From NCBI GenBank assembly GCA_963713975.1, contig OY970218.1, positions 2,464,001 through 2,528,000 on the forward strand: a stretch of DNA of 64,000 bases, read 5' to 3'. This DNA comes from an uncultured Chloroflexia bacterium (GTDB lineage: Bacteria > Chloroflexota > Limnocylindria > Limnocylindrales > CSP1-4). The notes below the pieces were generated by a model. That model saw only the letters and a program-made list of their open reading frames with translations, searched no databases and was not told where the DNA came from. Position 1 is the first letter of the stretch, and each line of letters opens with the position of its first letter. The translations under genes and the position numbers were made by a program. Positions 9,796-19,609 of the stretch are shown here, in pieces.

Positions 9796-11075
9796 GGGGC
9801 GCGATCCTCTCGGGGGCCGCGCGCGCGGCTGCCGACGCCGTCGACCCGGCAGCCCTGGCGGAGGCACTCGTGGAGCTGGTGCGCACGCCCAGCATCACCG
9901 GCGACGAGGATTCCGTCCAGGCACAGCTGGCCGACCGCCTGGAGGCGCTGGGCCTGACCGTGGAGGTCTTCCATCCCGATCCCGCCGCGATCCGCTCGGA
10001 CCCGGCCTGGCCGGGCGAGGAGGTGTCGCGGACGTCATTGCCCGTGGTGATCGGCCGCGTGGGCCGGCCCGGCGGGATACGGCTGATCCTCTCGGGTCAC
10101 GTCGATGTCGTTCCCCCCGGCGATCCCGCCACGTGGTCGGGCGACCCGTGGTCCGCGGACATCCGGGACGGCGAGCTCCACGGCCGTGGCAGCTGTGACA
10201 TGAAGGGCGGCGTGACCGCCATCCTGGGTGCGGTCCGGGCCCTCCGCGACACCGGTGCCCTCGAGCGACTGCGGGGCGAGCTGCTGGTGGTCCTCGTCCC
10301 ATCCGAGGAGGATGGTGGGCAGGGCACGCTGGCCGCTATCAGGGCGGGCGCGACGGGCGACCTGTGCGTGATCCCGGAGCCGTCGAACCTGGACGTGGTC
10401 GTCGCGCATGCGGGCGCGATCACCTTCCGCCTGACCGTGCCGGGCAAGGCGGCGCACGCGAGCCGGCGGATGGAGGGGGTGTCCGCGCTCGACAACCTGG
10501 GCGACCTCATCCGCGCCCTCGAGGCCGACGAGACACGCCGCAACGCTGCCGAGACCGACCCGCTCATGACGGATCTCGGCCTCCCGTACCCGACCATCAT
10601 CGGGACCGTCACGGGCGGGGAGTGGGCGTCCACCGTCATGGACCGAGTCGTCGCCGACGGGCGATACGGCGTGCGCCTGGGCCAGGACCCGGACGATGCG
10701 GCGGAGGAGCTGCGCGCGTGCCTCACCGCCGCGTGCGCGGGGCACCCATTCCTGCGCGACCACCCCGCGACCGTCGAGATCGTGGGCGCACGGTTTGCGT
10801 CGGCACATGTGCCGGCAGACCACCCGCTGCCGGCGGGTCTCGCGGCAACCGCTGCGGCCGTGACGGGCAGGCGGCCGGCGCTGCTCGGGGTGCCCTACGG
10901 TGCGGACATGCGCCTGTTCATCGATGCGGGAGACACGCCGTGCGTGATCTTCGGGCCCGGGGACGTGCGACTGGCCCACGGCGCCGATGAGCGTGTCCCG
11001 CTGGCCGAGGTCGAGGCGTGCGCACGGGTGCTCGCGGCCTGGGTGGCGGACGAGCTCGGAGCCGACGTCGCCTGA
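9792..11075 (+). CDS. ArgE/DapE-family M20 deacylase
   Basis: SGHVDVV, GRGSCDMKGG, SEE and AHGADE motifs; ATGA overlap with the upstream gene. Confidence 0.9.
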   Translation: MRGAILSGAARAAADAVDPAALAEALVELVRTPSITGDEDSVQAQLADRLEALGLTVEVFHPDPAAIRSDPAWPGEEVSRTSLPVVIGRVGRPGGIRLILSGHVDVVPPGDPATWSGDPWSADIRDGELHGRGSCDMKGGVTAILGAVRALRDTGALERLRGELLVVLVPSEEDGGQGTLAAIRAGATGDLCVIPEPSNLDVVVAHAGAITFRLTVPGKAAHASRRMEGVSALDNLGDLIRALEADETRRNAAETDPLMTDLGLPYPTIIGTVTGGEWASTVMDRVVADGRYGVRLGQDPDDAAEELRACLTAACAGHPFLRDHPATVEIVGARFASAHVPADHPLPAGLAATAAAVTGRRPALLGVPYGADMRLFIDAGDTPCVIFGPGDVRLAHGADERVPLAEVEACARVLAAWVADELGADVA

Positions 11076-11162
11076 CCCGTCCCGCGTCCCGTGCCCTGGC
11101 CGCGGCGCGACCGGGCGTGACCTAGGGCCGCCCATCGTCCACCGCCGCCCACGGGCGGCTCT

Positions 11163-11307
11163 ACGGTCGGGTCAACCGACGTTCCACTCGCTGGGCGGCA
11201 CGTTCGTCGCCCCCCGTGACCCTTCCGGCCGACAGACGTGCCGCCGGGCGGCGCATACCGCACCGCACCCGACGGTTGAACCGCCCAGCGGCCCGCCCAG
11301 CGGCTCA
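11163..11307 (+). repeat. Palindromic dispersed repeat, copy A (degenerate)
   Basis: ACGGTCGGGT...ACCCGACGGTTGAACCG ends and an inner GCGGCACGT/ACGTGCCGC stem; similar to 35128-35266 and 44932-45070. Confidence 0.6.
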
Positions 11308-11380
11308 CACCACTAGTCACGCCTCGGCTCACGCCACCGCGGAATGCCCCCCGGCCGCGACCGGCGGCCCGCTTCCGGGC

Positions 11381-11995
11381 CTAGCCGAACCGCAGTCCCA
11401 GGGTGGCTGCGATCACCATCGCCTGCGCGGGGTCGATCAGCGCGTCCCTGAGGTCGTTCTGCAGCGGATCCAGGGCGGACAGCTCGCTGCCGCGGAGGTC
11501 CGCGCCGCGGAACGAGGTGCCGCGCAGCAGCGTGCCGGTGAGGTCGCAATCACGCACCGTGGAGCCCTCGAACCGTGCGCCGGTCAGATCCGCCTCGCGA
11601 AGGCGGACGCCACCGAACGATGCCCTCCGCAGGTCTGCTGCGGACAGCCCGACCAGGGACCAGTCGCCGCCCGTGACCCCAAGCAGGTCGAACCCGCATC
11701 GGTCGAACACGCTGCCCACGAGCTTGCAGCCGGCAAACCGGGCGTCGAAGAAGTTGCAGCCGGTGAAGGTGCAGTTCGTGAACGCCGCGTCGACGTGGAT
11801 CGAGGCGTTGAACCGGGCGCCCCTGAAGACGCACCCGCTGAACACCGCCCCGTGCTCCTCGAGGTCTGACATGTCCACGCCGTCGAACAGCACGGCATCG
11901 TGGCGGGACCCGGAGATGGCACGCGGATCCCACGTCGTCGCGTCCACGCTCGAGGTGGTGGCCGGGACCAGTGGCCCGTGCCGGCGAACGGCCAT
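11381..11995 (-). CDS. Pentapeptide repeat protein (MfpA/Qnr-like fold)
   Basis: Tandem A(D/R)(L/F)xx pentapeptides, e.g. ADLRRASFGGVRLREADLTGARFEG. Confidence 0.9.
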   Translation of the reverse strand: MAVRRHGPLVPATTSSVDATTWDPRAISGSRHDAVLFDGVDMSDLEEHGAVFSGCVFRGARFNASIHVDAAFTNCTFTGCNFFDARFAGCKLVGSVFDRCGFDLLGVTGGDWSLVGLSAADLRRASFGGVRLREADLTGARFEGSTVRDCDLTGTLLRGTSFRGADLRGSELSALDPLQNDLRDALIDPAQAMVIAATLGLRFG

Positions 11996-12016
11996 CGCGT
12001 TCGGACCCGCCCCCGG

Positions 12017-13315
12017 TCAGGGGAGCGGGACCTCCGCTGCGGCTTCGGCAGCGGCCACCTCGCGGGCGGCGCGGGCCGCATCCTTGCGGTGCGAGCGCAG
12101 GACGATGATCGGGATGACCACGGCTGCCGCCCCCAGGATCCCGAGCGCCGTGTAGCCCACCGCGGCCATGATCAGGCCCGAGCCGAGGCTGGCGGCCGCC
12201 GCCGAGCTCCAGATCAGCGCATCGGCCACGCCCTGGGCGCGCGTGCGCTCGTGGATCTCGAGGTTCTCCGAGAGCATCGCGCTGCCGGCGACGAACCCGA
12301 AGCTCCAGCCGAGCCCCAGCAGGAACAGCCCGAGCATCAGCATGGGACCGCCGTCGGGCGGAGCGAACGCCGCCATCAGGGACGCGATGGCCAGTACCGC
12401 GGTCCCGAGGAAGATCGTCGGCACGCGCCCGAACCGGTCCGACAGCCAGCCCGAGAGCGGCGAGAACGCGAACATGCCGAGCGTGTGACCCGAGAGCACC
12501 ATGCCCACGGCACCGAGATCCGACCCGTGCTCGGTCATGTGGAGCGGCGTCATCGTCATGATCAGGACCATCACGAACTGGCCGACGACGAGGGCCACGA
12601 TCGCCGCCGCCACGGCGGGCCGGCGGAGGATCTCGTGCACGGGAAGGATGACCGCGGGCTCGGCGTCGGGATCCGCACGGGTCGACTCGTCGGCCAGGTC
12701 GTAGGGGTCGGGCCGGAGCCTCACGAACGAGAGCAGTGCCGCGAGGCCCACGAACACGACCGGGACGAGGTACGGGCCTGCGAGCGGCGGCAGCCCGACG
12801 GCCGAGGCCATCTCCGAGGCGATCGGGACGAGCCAGGGTCCCGCGACCGATCCGATGGTCGCGGCCCAGACGACGAGCCCGATCGCGGATGCCCTCCGCT
12901 CCGGCGGGACCATGTCGGCGGCCGTGTAGCGCGAGAGCTGGTTGGCGGCGTTGCCAAAGCCGATGAGGATCGTGCCCAGCAGGAGCAGGGGGAACGAGCG
13001 GGTGATGACCGCGGCCGTCGCGACGAGCGCGCCGAGCACGCCCACGGAGTATCCGGTGACGAGCCCGGTCCGGCGGCCACGGCGGGCCATCAGCGCGGAC
13101 AGGAGTACCGCCCCGAGTGCGGCGCCGAGGACCACGGTGGCACCCGGCGCGCCGGCCCAGGTCTGCGACCCGAGGAGGTCCTTGGCAACGATCGTGGCGA
13201 CGGTGACGGCAGCGATGTGTCCCGTGCTGCCCAGCGCGACGCCGGCGATCAGCGTGTTGCGGGAGCGCCGGCGAGCGCGATCGAGGGCGGCGGGGGACAG
13301 GGTGGCGGCGGTCAT
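12017..13315 (-). CDS. MFS transporter
   Basis: About 12 TM; GWLSDRFGR motif. Confidence 0.9.
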   Translation of the reverse strand: MTAATLSPAALDRARRRSRNTLIAGVALGSTGHIAAVTVATIVAKDLLGSQTWAGAPGATVVLGAALGAVLLSALMARRGRRTGLVTGYSVGVLGALVATAAVITRSFPLLLLGTILIGFGNAANQLSRYTAADMVPPERRASAIGLVVWAATIGSVAGPWLVPIASEMASAVGLPPLAGPYLVPVVFVGLAALLSFVRLRPDPYDLADESTRADPDAEPAVILPVHEILRRPAVAAAIVALVVGQFVMVLIMTMTPLHMTEHGSDLGAVGMVLSGHTLGMFAFSPLSGWLSDRFGRVPTIFLGTAVLAIASLMAAFAPPDGGPMLMLGLFLLGLGWSFGFVAGSAMLSENLEIHERTRAQGVADALIWSSAAAASLGSGLIMAAVGYTALGILGAAAVVIPIIVLRSHRKDAARAAREVAAAEAAAEVPLP

Positions 13316-13332
13316 GAGATCGCCACGATATG

Positions 13333-16300
13333 TCAGGCGGCACGGGTCGGTCCGGGCGCGCCGGTCGTCGTGGCGCTGGACTCGGCGGCCTCCACGGCCA
13401 GGCACAGGCCGTTCGCGAGCTGCATCTGGCGGGGCGTCTGGCAGCCGACGCGGAGCAGGGCGGGCGAGCAGACCACGGCCGTAACGCATCGTGCTCTCGA
13501 CGTGGCCACGTTGAGGCGGTTGAGCGAGTACAGGAACTCCATGCCGCGGGGAGCGTCCTCGGGCGAGGACGTGCCCATCGCGTAGATGCTCACCGGGCGC
13601 TCCTGGCCCTGGAACTTGTCCACGGTCCCGACGAACGGACCGCGAAGCCCCGCCGCCGCGAAGGCCCGCTCGATGGCCGCGACGTGGGCGTTGTACGGGG
13701 CAACGATGATGATGTCGCCGAGGCGGACCGGGTGTCCGAGGCCCTCCCGGTCGGTCCAGGTGGCGCCTCCCTCCAGCAGGGCCCGCACCAGCTCCACGAC
13801 CGCTGCGGCCTCCTCCGGCGAATCGGTGGCGTTGCCCTCATGGGCGACGGCGACGTGGCGGATCCCCGTCCCCGCCAGGACCGTGTCGCCTCCGGCGCCG
13901 TCTCCGCCACCGTCCACCCGCTGCCGCTCCAGTCCGGGGATCGGGCGCAGGCGGCACTCGTAGAACGCGGCCGACGTGTAGTCGCAGATCTCGGGGTGCA
14001 GCCGCCACGTCTCGCCGAGGAACAGTCCCTCCGAGGGCTCGATGGTGGCGCGGTCGCCCAGGATGTGGCCCAGCGCGCTCCGCTCCGCGCCCGGCGGATG
14101 GCTGCCCTGCGTGGGCTGGTCGAGCTGCTGCGGGTCGCCGAGTAGGACGATGGCGCGGGCGGCGGGCGCGCAGGCCAGGACGTTGGCCAGGCTCATCTGG
14201 CCCGCCTCGTCCACGAACAGGACGTCCAGCACCGGTTCCGGGAGCGCCATCTCGGGGCGGCACCACGTCCACGCCACGGCGCCGACGACGTCCAGCGTCC
14301 CGGTCCGCAGCGCCTGGGCCACCGATGCGTTGTCCGGCACGACGGTCGCACGCGCGCAGGTCGGGTCCTGGCCGCTCTTGGGCTTCTGGCCGATCGCGAC
14401 TGGGCGCTTGATCTCGCCCTTTGCCTGCAGCTCCTTCTCGACCGTGCGCACGGTGTCGAGCAGGTTGCCGATGACCTTGTGGCTGTTCGCGACGACCCCG
14501 ACGCGCTGACCCTCCATCGCGAGCCGCACGATCATGTGGGCGCCCGTGTAGGTCTTGCCCGACCCCGGCGGACCCTGCACGGGGAGGACGCGGCCGGCGA
14601 GGTCGGGTGCGAGGCGGATGGCCGCCTGCAGCGAGGTCTCGCCCTCCGGGACCATGGGTTCACCAGCCGCGATCCCGGGCGGCGTCCGGAGCAGGAGCGC
14701 CCGTGCGGTGCGCAGGTCGGGCAGGCCATCATCGACCGATGGCGACCCCAGCCCCTGGGCGACGACCTGCTCGCCGATGCGCAGCAGGCTCTCCGCGAGG
14801 TCGGTCGTGGGGATCACGCCCTTGGGGACGAGGGCGGTCGGGAGCGGCGTGCCGGCGAGCGCCGGTCCGCGCTTGAGCTCGATCCGGCGGTTCGTCTCGT
14901 CCACAGCCACGACGGACCCCGCCCCCTGGCCCGTGACGGAGTCCGACACGTCGCTGTCGACGTCGATCCGGTGCTCCTGCGGGGGGAACGAGAACGTGTG
15001 GACCAGCGACCGCTTCTCGACGCGCGGCTCGCCGACCGGCACCAGTCCGCCAAGGGGCTCGCGCTCCTCGATCAGCTCCTGGTCCGTCATCCGGACAAGG
15101 GCGAAGTAGCGCCACCACGCGGACTTGTCCTCGCGACGGTGCCAGGCGAGCAGCTGCGCCAGCAGCCACCGGCCGGCGGCGTCGGGGTCCTCCGCACGCT
15201 TCGCAGGATCCGCCGGGACGCCGTCGGTCAGGCGGTCCATCAGCTCGAGGACGTGCCGGTCCCGGTCCGTGAGCTCGCGCGAGGCCGCCCCGTCGTCCAC
15301 GGTGGGGCGGGGGAGCGGCCGGCCCTCACGCGCCTCGAGTTCGGTGCGCCGCACCTCGAGCCAGTCCCGCAGCCGCCAGTTGCTCATCACGTCGTCCCGG
15401 TTGTAGGCGGCGATCCCGTCCAGGATCCTGGCCCCGTCCTCCACCGGCGTGTCCGCACCCAGCTCCAGCCAGGTCTCGAACGCGACGATGCTGCTGCCGG
15501 CATCCTTGAGGTCCTGCTCCCTTGTGAGCGCGTAGAGCGGCTCGATCTTCTTGATGGAGTAGCTCTCCACGCCGGCCCGCAGACCCTGGCGCACGACGCG
15601 GTACAGGTCCACCAGCACCTCGCCGCGCAGGAGGCGGTCCACCTCTTCCTCGCGGGTCCCGTGGCGCTGCGCCAGGCGGCCGAGGGCGGTCCGCTCGTAC
15701 GCCGCGTAGTGGTAGACGTGGAGGTCCGGGTCCCGGGCCCAGCGGTCCATGATCAGGTCGATCGTCGCCTCGAAGGCCGCCTTCTCGGACGCCCAGGTGA
15801 CGCGGTCGTCCTCGTCGAGGCTCCAGGTCGCGTGGAACTTCGGCGTGGGCTCGCCATCGGGTGCAGCCCATCGCTCCTCGTCCTCGGGGATCCGTGGCTC
15901 CAGGATCCCGAACAGGTAGTCCACACCGTCGTCCAGCGCGAACGGGTCGCCCTCGAGGTCCAGGAACAGGTCACCGTCCCGGGGCGCCGGGAGCCCGAGG
16001 AACCCACGCAGCGGCACCGGCTCGCCGTCCTCGCTCCGGTCCAGCGGGAGCAGCTCCCACACGACGCGGCCGGCGTCCTGCGACTCGACCTGGATCCGGG
16101 CCTGCTCGTGGATCCTCGCGAGGGCCTCCCTGCCCACGTTCTCGAGCGGCGGATCCATCGGCAGCGCGAGGCCGGCGAGACCGCGACGGGTACCGACGCC
16201 CCTGGCCTTGAGCGCGCTCCGCTGGCGGGACGCGGCACCCGCGACCAGGCTCAGGTCGTCGTCCGCGCGGCGCCGTGCCTTGCACTGCGGGGCCCAGCGG

Positions 16301-17058
16301 CAGACGTCGCAGTGCTCCACGGGCTCCGGGTACGTGCCGACAGGCGGGTACGCGGGCGCCGACGCGCCATCGCCGCGCACCCCGACGGCCTCCTCGAACT
16401 CCCGCTTGACCCGCCGGTAGTACGCCACGAAGTCGTCCACGCGTCGGCGATCGGTGGGTCGCGCGCTGCCACCGAGCACGACGTACAGGTACTCCGGCTG
16501 CCGCCGCTGGATGACGGTGAGCTGCTCCACATACGAGCAGATCTGCAGGATCGCGGAGGCCTTCACGTGCCGGGCGAGCTTGGTGTCCGCGACCTCGTAG
16601 TGCCACGGCCCGAAGGCGCTGTCCGGCTCGCCGGGGGCGTGGTCCCGCCGGAGCAGGAAGTCCGCGTGGCCGCGCCAGGTCCCGTCGAAGAACGTCGCCT
16701 GGTAGATGACGTCAGCACCGCCCTGCATGGCCGCCAGGGTCTGCGCGGCGGCGGCGCGGAGCTCGGCGCCAGGGTTGCGGGGGGCCGGGGCCCCATCGGC
16801 GACCCCGATCGGCGCCACCGCGGACCCGTCCTTCTCGATCTCCACCACGGTCCGGCCATCTGACCGGAGGTCAGCGAGGTAGCGCGCCTCGTGCTCCAGG
16901 CCGCGCTTGGCGATGAGGTCGATGGTGGGATCGTTGCGGACCGGCTTGGCCACGAGGCCGTGCAACGCCGCCCGCTCGAGGGCGAGCCGGTGCCCGCAGG
17001 CGAGGAAGCCCACGAGGTCCGTGGCGGCGAAGACGGGACGTCCGTCGATCTGCTGCAT
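13333..17058 (-). CDS. TM0106-family RecB-like nuclease fused to RNase H-like and SF1 helicase domains
   Basis: GHADFL...EVADTK nuclease, FLDLEGD RNase H-like domain, QGPPGSGKT, VDEAGQ, LGDPQQL, TVDKFQGQE, RLNVATSRA. Confidence 0.9.
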   Translation of the reverse strand: MQQIDGRPVFAATDLVGFLACGHRLALERAALHGLVAKPVRNDPTIDLIAKRGLEHEARYLADLRSDGRTVVEIEKDGSAVAPIGVADGAPAPRNPGAELRAAAAQTLAAMQGGADVIYQATFFDGTWRGHADFLLRRDHAPGEPDSAFGPWHYEVADTKLARHVKASAILQICSYVEQLTVIQRRQPEYLYVVLGGSARPTDRRRVDDFVAYYRRVKREFEEAVGVRGDGASAPAYPPVGTYPEPVEHCDVCRWAPQCKARRRADDDLSLVAGAASRQRSALKARGVGTRRGLAGLALPMDPPLENVGREALARIHEQARIQVESQDAGRVVWELLPLDRSEDGEPVPLRGFLGLPAPRDGDLFLDLEGDPFALDDGVDYLFGILEPRIPEDEERWAAPDGEPTPKFHATWSLDEDDRVTWASEKAAFEATIDLIMDRWARDPDLHVYHYAAYERTALGRLAQRHGTREEEVDRLLRGEVLVDLYRVVRQGLRAGVESYSIKKIEPLYALTREQDLKDAGSSIVAFETWLELGADTPVEDGARILDGIAAYNRDDVMSNWRLRDWLEVRRTELEAREGRPLPRPTVDDGAASRELTDRDRHVLELMDRLTDGVPADPAKRAEDPDAAGRWLLAQLLAWHRREDKSAWWRYFALVRMTDQELIEEREPLGGLVPVGEPRVEKRSLVHTFSFPPQEHRIDVDSDVSDSVTGQGAGSVVAVDETNRRIELKRGPALAGTPLPTALVPKGVIPTTDLAESLLRIGEQVVAQGLGSPSVDDGLPDLRTARALLLRTPPGIAAGEPMVPEGETSLQAAIRLAPDLAGRVLPVQGPPGSGKTYTGAHMIVRLAMEGQRVGVVANSHKVIGNLLDTVRTVEKELQAKGEIKRPVAIGQKPKSGQDPTCARATVVPDNASVAQALRTGTLDVVGAVAWTWCRPEMALPEPVLDVLFVDEAGQMSLANVLACAPAARAIVLLGDPQQLDQPTQGSHPPGAERSALGHILGDRATIEPSEGLFLGETWRLHPEICDYTSAAFYECRLRPIPGLERQRVDGGGDGAGGDTVLAGTGIRHVAVAHEGNATDSPEEAAAVVELVRALLEGGATWTDREGLGHPVRLGDIIIVAPYNAHVAAIERAFAAAGLRGPFVGTVDKFQGQERPVSIYAMGTSSPEDAPRGMEFLYSLNRLNVATSRARCVTAVVCSPALLRVGCQTPRQMQLANGLCLAVEAAESSATTTGAPGPTRAA

Positions 17059-17134
17059 CGCGGGCCATCGTACGGGGGCCGCGTGCCATCTTGCCTGTCA
17101 CGACGGCGCGACCGTCCTGCCCTAGACTCCGCCC

Positions 17135-17623
17135 GTGGAGTCCCAGCCCAAGCCCCCCAACCGCATCGACGAGCATGGCCGGCGCCAGGTCGCGCCCACC
17201 TGGGAGAGCCTCATCGATCGCCAGATCCGCGATGCGATGGCCGAAGGCAAGTTCGACGACCTGCCCTACCAGGGGCAGCCGCTCCCGGCCGTGGACGACG
17301 GATATGCGGGCGAGTGGGCGATGGCGTTCCGGATGCTGAGGAACGCGGGCGTGGCGCCGCCGTGGATCGAGGCCGACAAGGAGATCCGCGGCCGCCTGGA
17401 CCGGCGCGATGCCATCGTTGCCCGCGCCGCGACGGCCTCGCCCGGGAACCTGCCCCGGCTGCGCGAGGAGCTGGAACGCGCCGTCATCGAGATCAACGCC
17501 GCCATCGCCCGCCTCAACGCGGAGGCGCCGACGGACCGCCAGCATCGGCGGCCCCTGGTGCTCGCCGACGAGCTGGCGCGCCTCGACGCCGGGCGCCCGG
17601 ACGCGGGCCATCCGGGACGATGA
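17135..17623 (+). CDS. DUF1992 (DnaJC28 conserved domain) protein
   Basis: IDRQIRDAMAEGKFDDLPYQGQPL...GVAPPWIE; TAGACT 6 nt upstream of the GTG. Confidence 0.85.
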   Translation: MESQPKPPNRIDEHGRRQVAPTWESLIDRQIRDAMAEGKFDDLPYQGQPLPAVDDGYAGEWAMAFRMLRNAGVAPPWIEADKEIRGRLDRRDAIVARAATASPGNLPRLREELERAVIEINAAIARLNAEAPTDRQHRRPLVLADELARLDAGRPDAGHPGR

Positions 17624-18153
17624 CGGACGTCACGGCCCGGCGCGCCGTCACGGTGCGCCGGGCGACCCCGTCGCACGCGCCGGCCATCCGCGAGATCGCC
17701 CATGCGGCCTGGCGCGAGACGTACCGGGACATGCTCCTCGCGGAAACCATCGAGTGGTTCATCGAGCGCGCCTACTCCGAGGAGCGGGTCGCGTTGCGCA
17801 TCGAGCGCCACGAGACTTGGGTGGCGGGACAGGACGGCGAGGTCGCAGCCTTCGCGGAGAGCGCCATCGAGCCCGACCGGGTGACGCTGGTTGCGATCTA
17901 CGCGCAGCCGGGGCGGCTGGGACAGGGGCTGGGAAGCGCGCTGCTGCGCGCGGTCGTGACGGCGCACCCGGACCTGCCGATCGTGGCCGACGTGCTGGCC
18001 GGCAACCGGGCGGGCGAGTCGTTCTACGAGGCCCGCGGCTTCGAGCCCCGGGAGCGGTTCGACGAGCAGCTCGGGTCGGAGCTCGTCCACGAGCGGCGCT
18101 GGTGGCGTCCGGCCGTCGCGGGACCCGAGGCGTCCTCGGCCGGTCAGGGGTAG
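17620..18153 (+). CDS. GNAT-family N-acetyltransferase
   Basis: AWRETY, GQGLGSALL and NRAGESFYEARGF motifs; ATGA overlap. Confidence 0.85.
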   Translation: MTDVTARRAVTVRRATPSHAPAIREIAHAAWRETYRDMLLAETIEWFIERAYSEERVALRIERHETWVAGQDGEVAAFAESAIEPDRVTLVAIYAQPGRLGQGLGSALLRAVVTAHPDLPIVADVLAGNRAGESFYEARGFEPRERFDEQLGSELVHERRWWRPAVAGPEASSAGQG

Positions 18154-18181
18154 CGCCCGCCGTCAGCTTCCCCGGATGCGC

Positions 18182-19609
18182 TCAGAACGACAGAAGCATC
18201 TGCCAGATGAACATCGCGCCCTTGGCGTCCGCCGCCTCCCAGACCCGTCGGGCCAGGTCCTCGCTGCCCAGGATCGGCCCCACGAGCTCCGCCTTGTGCT
18301 CCTCCCACGGGACGCACACGCCCGGCTGGCGCCCGGTCACGGCGGGGAAGCCGGCGGTGGCCTCAATCGTCGTTGGCGCCACCCGCAGCGGCTCGGGCGC
18401 CGCGTCCGGCGCGTCGTAGTCCCCGAACTCGCGCGTCGCCTCGACCATCGCCCGCATGTTCTCGGGCGTCGTGTCGTTCTGCATGATGGCGCTGGCGTCC
18501 ATGATGAAGCCGCCGTCCCGGCCGACCGTGTCGATGAGCGTCCGCACCTCCGCGCGCACCTGGTCGGGGGTGCCAAAGGCCAGGGTGACGTTGCTGACGC
18601 CGCCGCTCAGCGCGAACTTGTCGTGGAGCTTGCGATGGGTCAGCAGCGGCGTGCCGCGGTCCATGTGGTAGACGATGCTGCGGTCCGGCAGCTCCCGGAA
18701 GGCGTCGAGGTGCGCATCCCAGTTGCCCTCCGCATAGAACATGGTCTGGTGGCCGTTGCGCCACAGCTCCTCGATCACGGGCTTGACCGTCGGCCAGTAG
18801 TGCGAGGTGAACTGGTCCGGGCGGACGAACGGCACGCAGCCCCGGTGCATCCAGTAGCCGATCGGCAGCTGTGACGCCGGATCCGCGGTCGTGGATGCCA
18901 GCCAGTAGAGGTGCGGCATCAGGGCCTCGCAGGCCCTGAGCACCTTCTCGGGCTGCGAGTACATGTCCATCGTCAGCCCGATGTACCCGCGCAGCTTGTC
19001 GGCGAGGATGTCGAACGGCGCCTTGAAGATGCCCGTCAGCGCGCCCGGCATGCCCGCCTCACTGCGCATCCGTGCCGTGTGCGGGCCGAAGTCGTTGAAG
19101 TACTGCGTCATGGCCATCGCGGACGACACGAGAGCCACGTTGTGGCCCAGGGTCACCGGGTCGCCTGCGGCCGCGATCCTGCCGCTTGCCCGCGGCAGCC
19201 AGACCTCGTAGAGGAAGGCGAGCGGGTCGTCGATCAGCCGGTCGTACTCGTCCTCGCGCATGAAGGACTCGTCCTCGGGAGGCTCGAGGTACTGGAAGCC
19301 GTGGTTCGGAGGCACGTCGACGCCCGGCACGCCGTAGTAGCGCACGCCGGCTGCGTCCGTGATGCCCGTCCAGACGTAGACCATGCTCGCCGGCACCGCG
19401 TCCCAGTCGAAGTCCCGACAGCACTGGATCATGGCCTCGAATGCGTCGGGGTAGTGCTGCGTCAGCTGCTGGCAGGTGAAGCCGGCGTGGCGCCCGGTGA
19501 ACTCCGCCACCAGCGGCCGGATCGGGACGCGATCCGGCTTCCGGTTGTCGAGCGCGGTCACGAAACGACGCAACCGCGCCTGGTACAGCGTCTCGAGATC
19601 CTCGCTCAC
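18182..19609 (-). CDS. UroD/MtaA-CmuA superfamily protein (probable corrinoid-type methyltransferase rather than HemE)
   Basis: KPDRVP N-terminus, LRGY..LTMDMY..PE, LSGGVS..L..GTPDQV, GGFIM, PENMRAM. Confidence 0.75.
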   Translation of the reverse strand: MSEDLETLYQARLRRFVTALDNRKPDRVPIRPLVAEFTGRHAGFTCQQLTQHYPDAFEAMIQCCRDFDWDAVPASMVYVWTGITDAAGVRYYGVPGVDVPPNHGFQYLEPPEDESFMREDEYDRLIDDPLAFLYEVWLPRASGRIAAAGDPVTLGHNVALVSSAMAMTQYFNDFGPHTARMRSEAGMPGALTGIFKAPFDILADKLRGYIGLTMDMYSQPEKVLRACEALMPHLYWLASTTADPASQLPIGYWMHRGCVPFVRPDQFTSHYWPTVKPVIEELWRNGHQTMFYAEGNWDAHLDAFRELPDRSIVYHMDRGTPLLTHRKLHDKFALSGGVSNVTLAFGTPDQVRAEVRTLIDTVGRDGGFIMDASAIMQNDTTPENMRAMVEATREFGDYDAPDAAPEPLRVAPTTIEATAGFPAVTGRQPGVCVPWEEHKAELVGPILGSEDLARRVWEAADAKGAMFIWQMLLSF

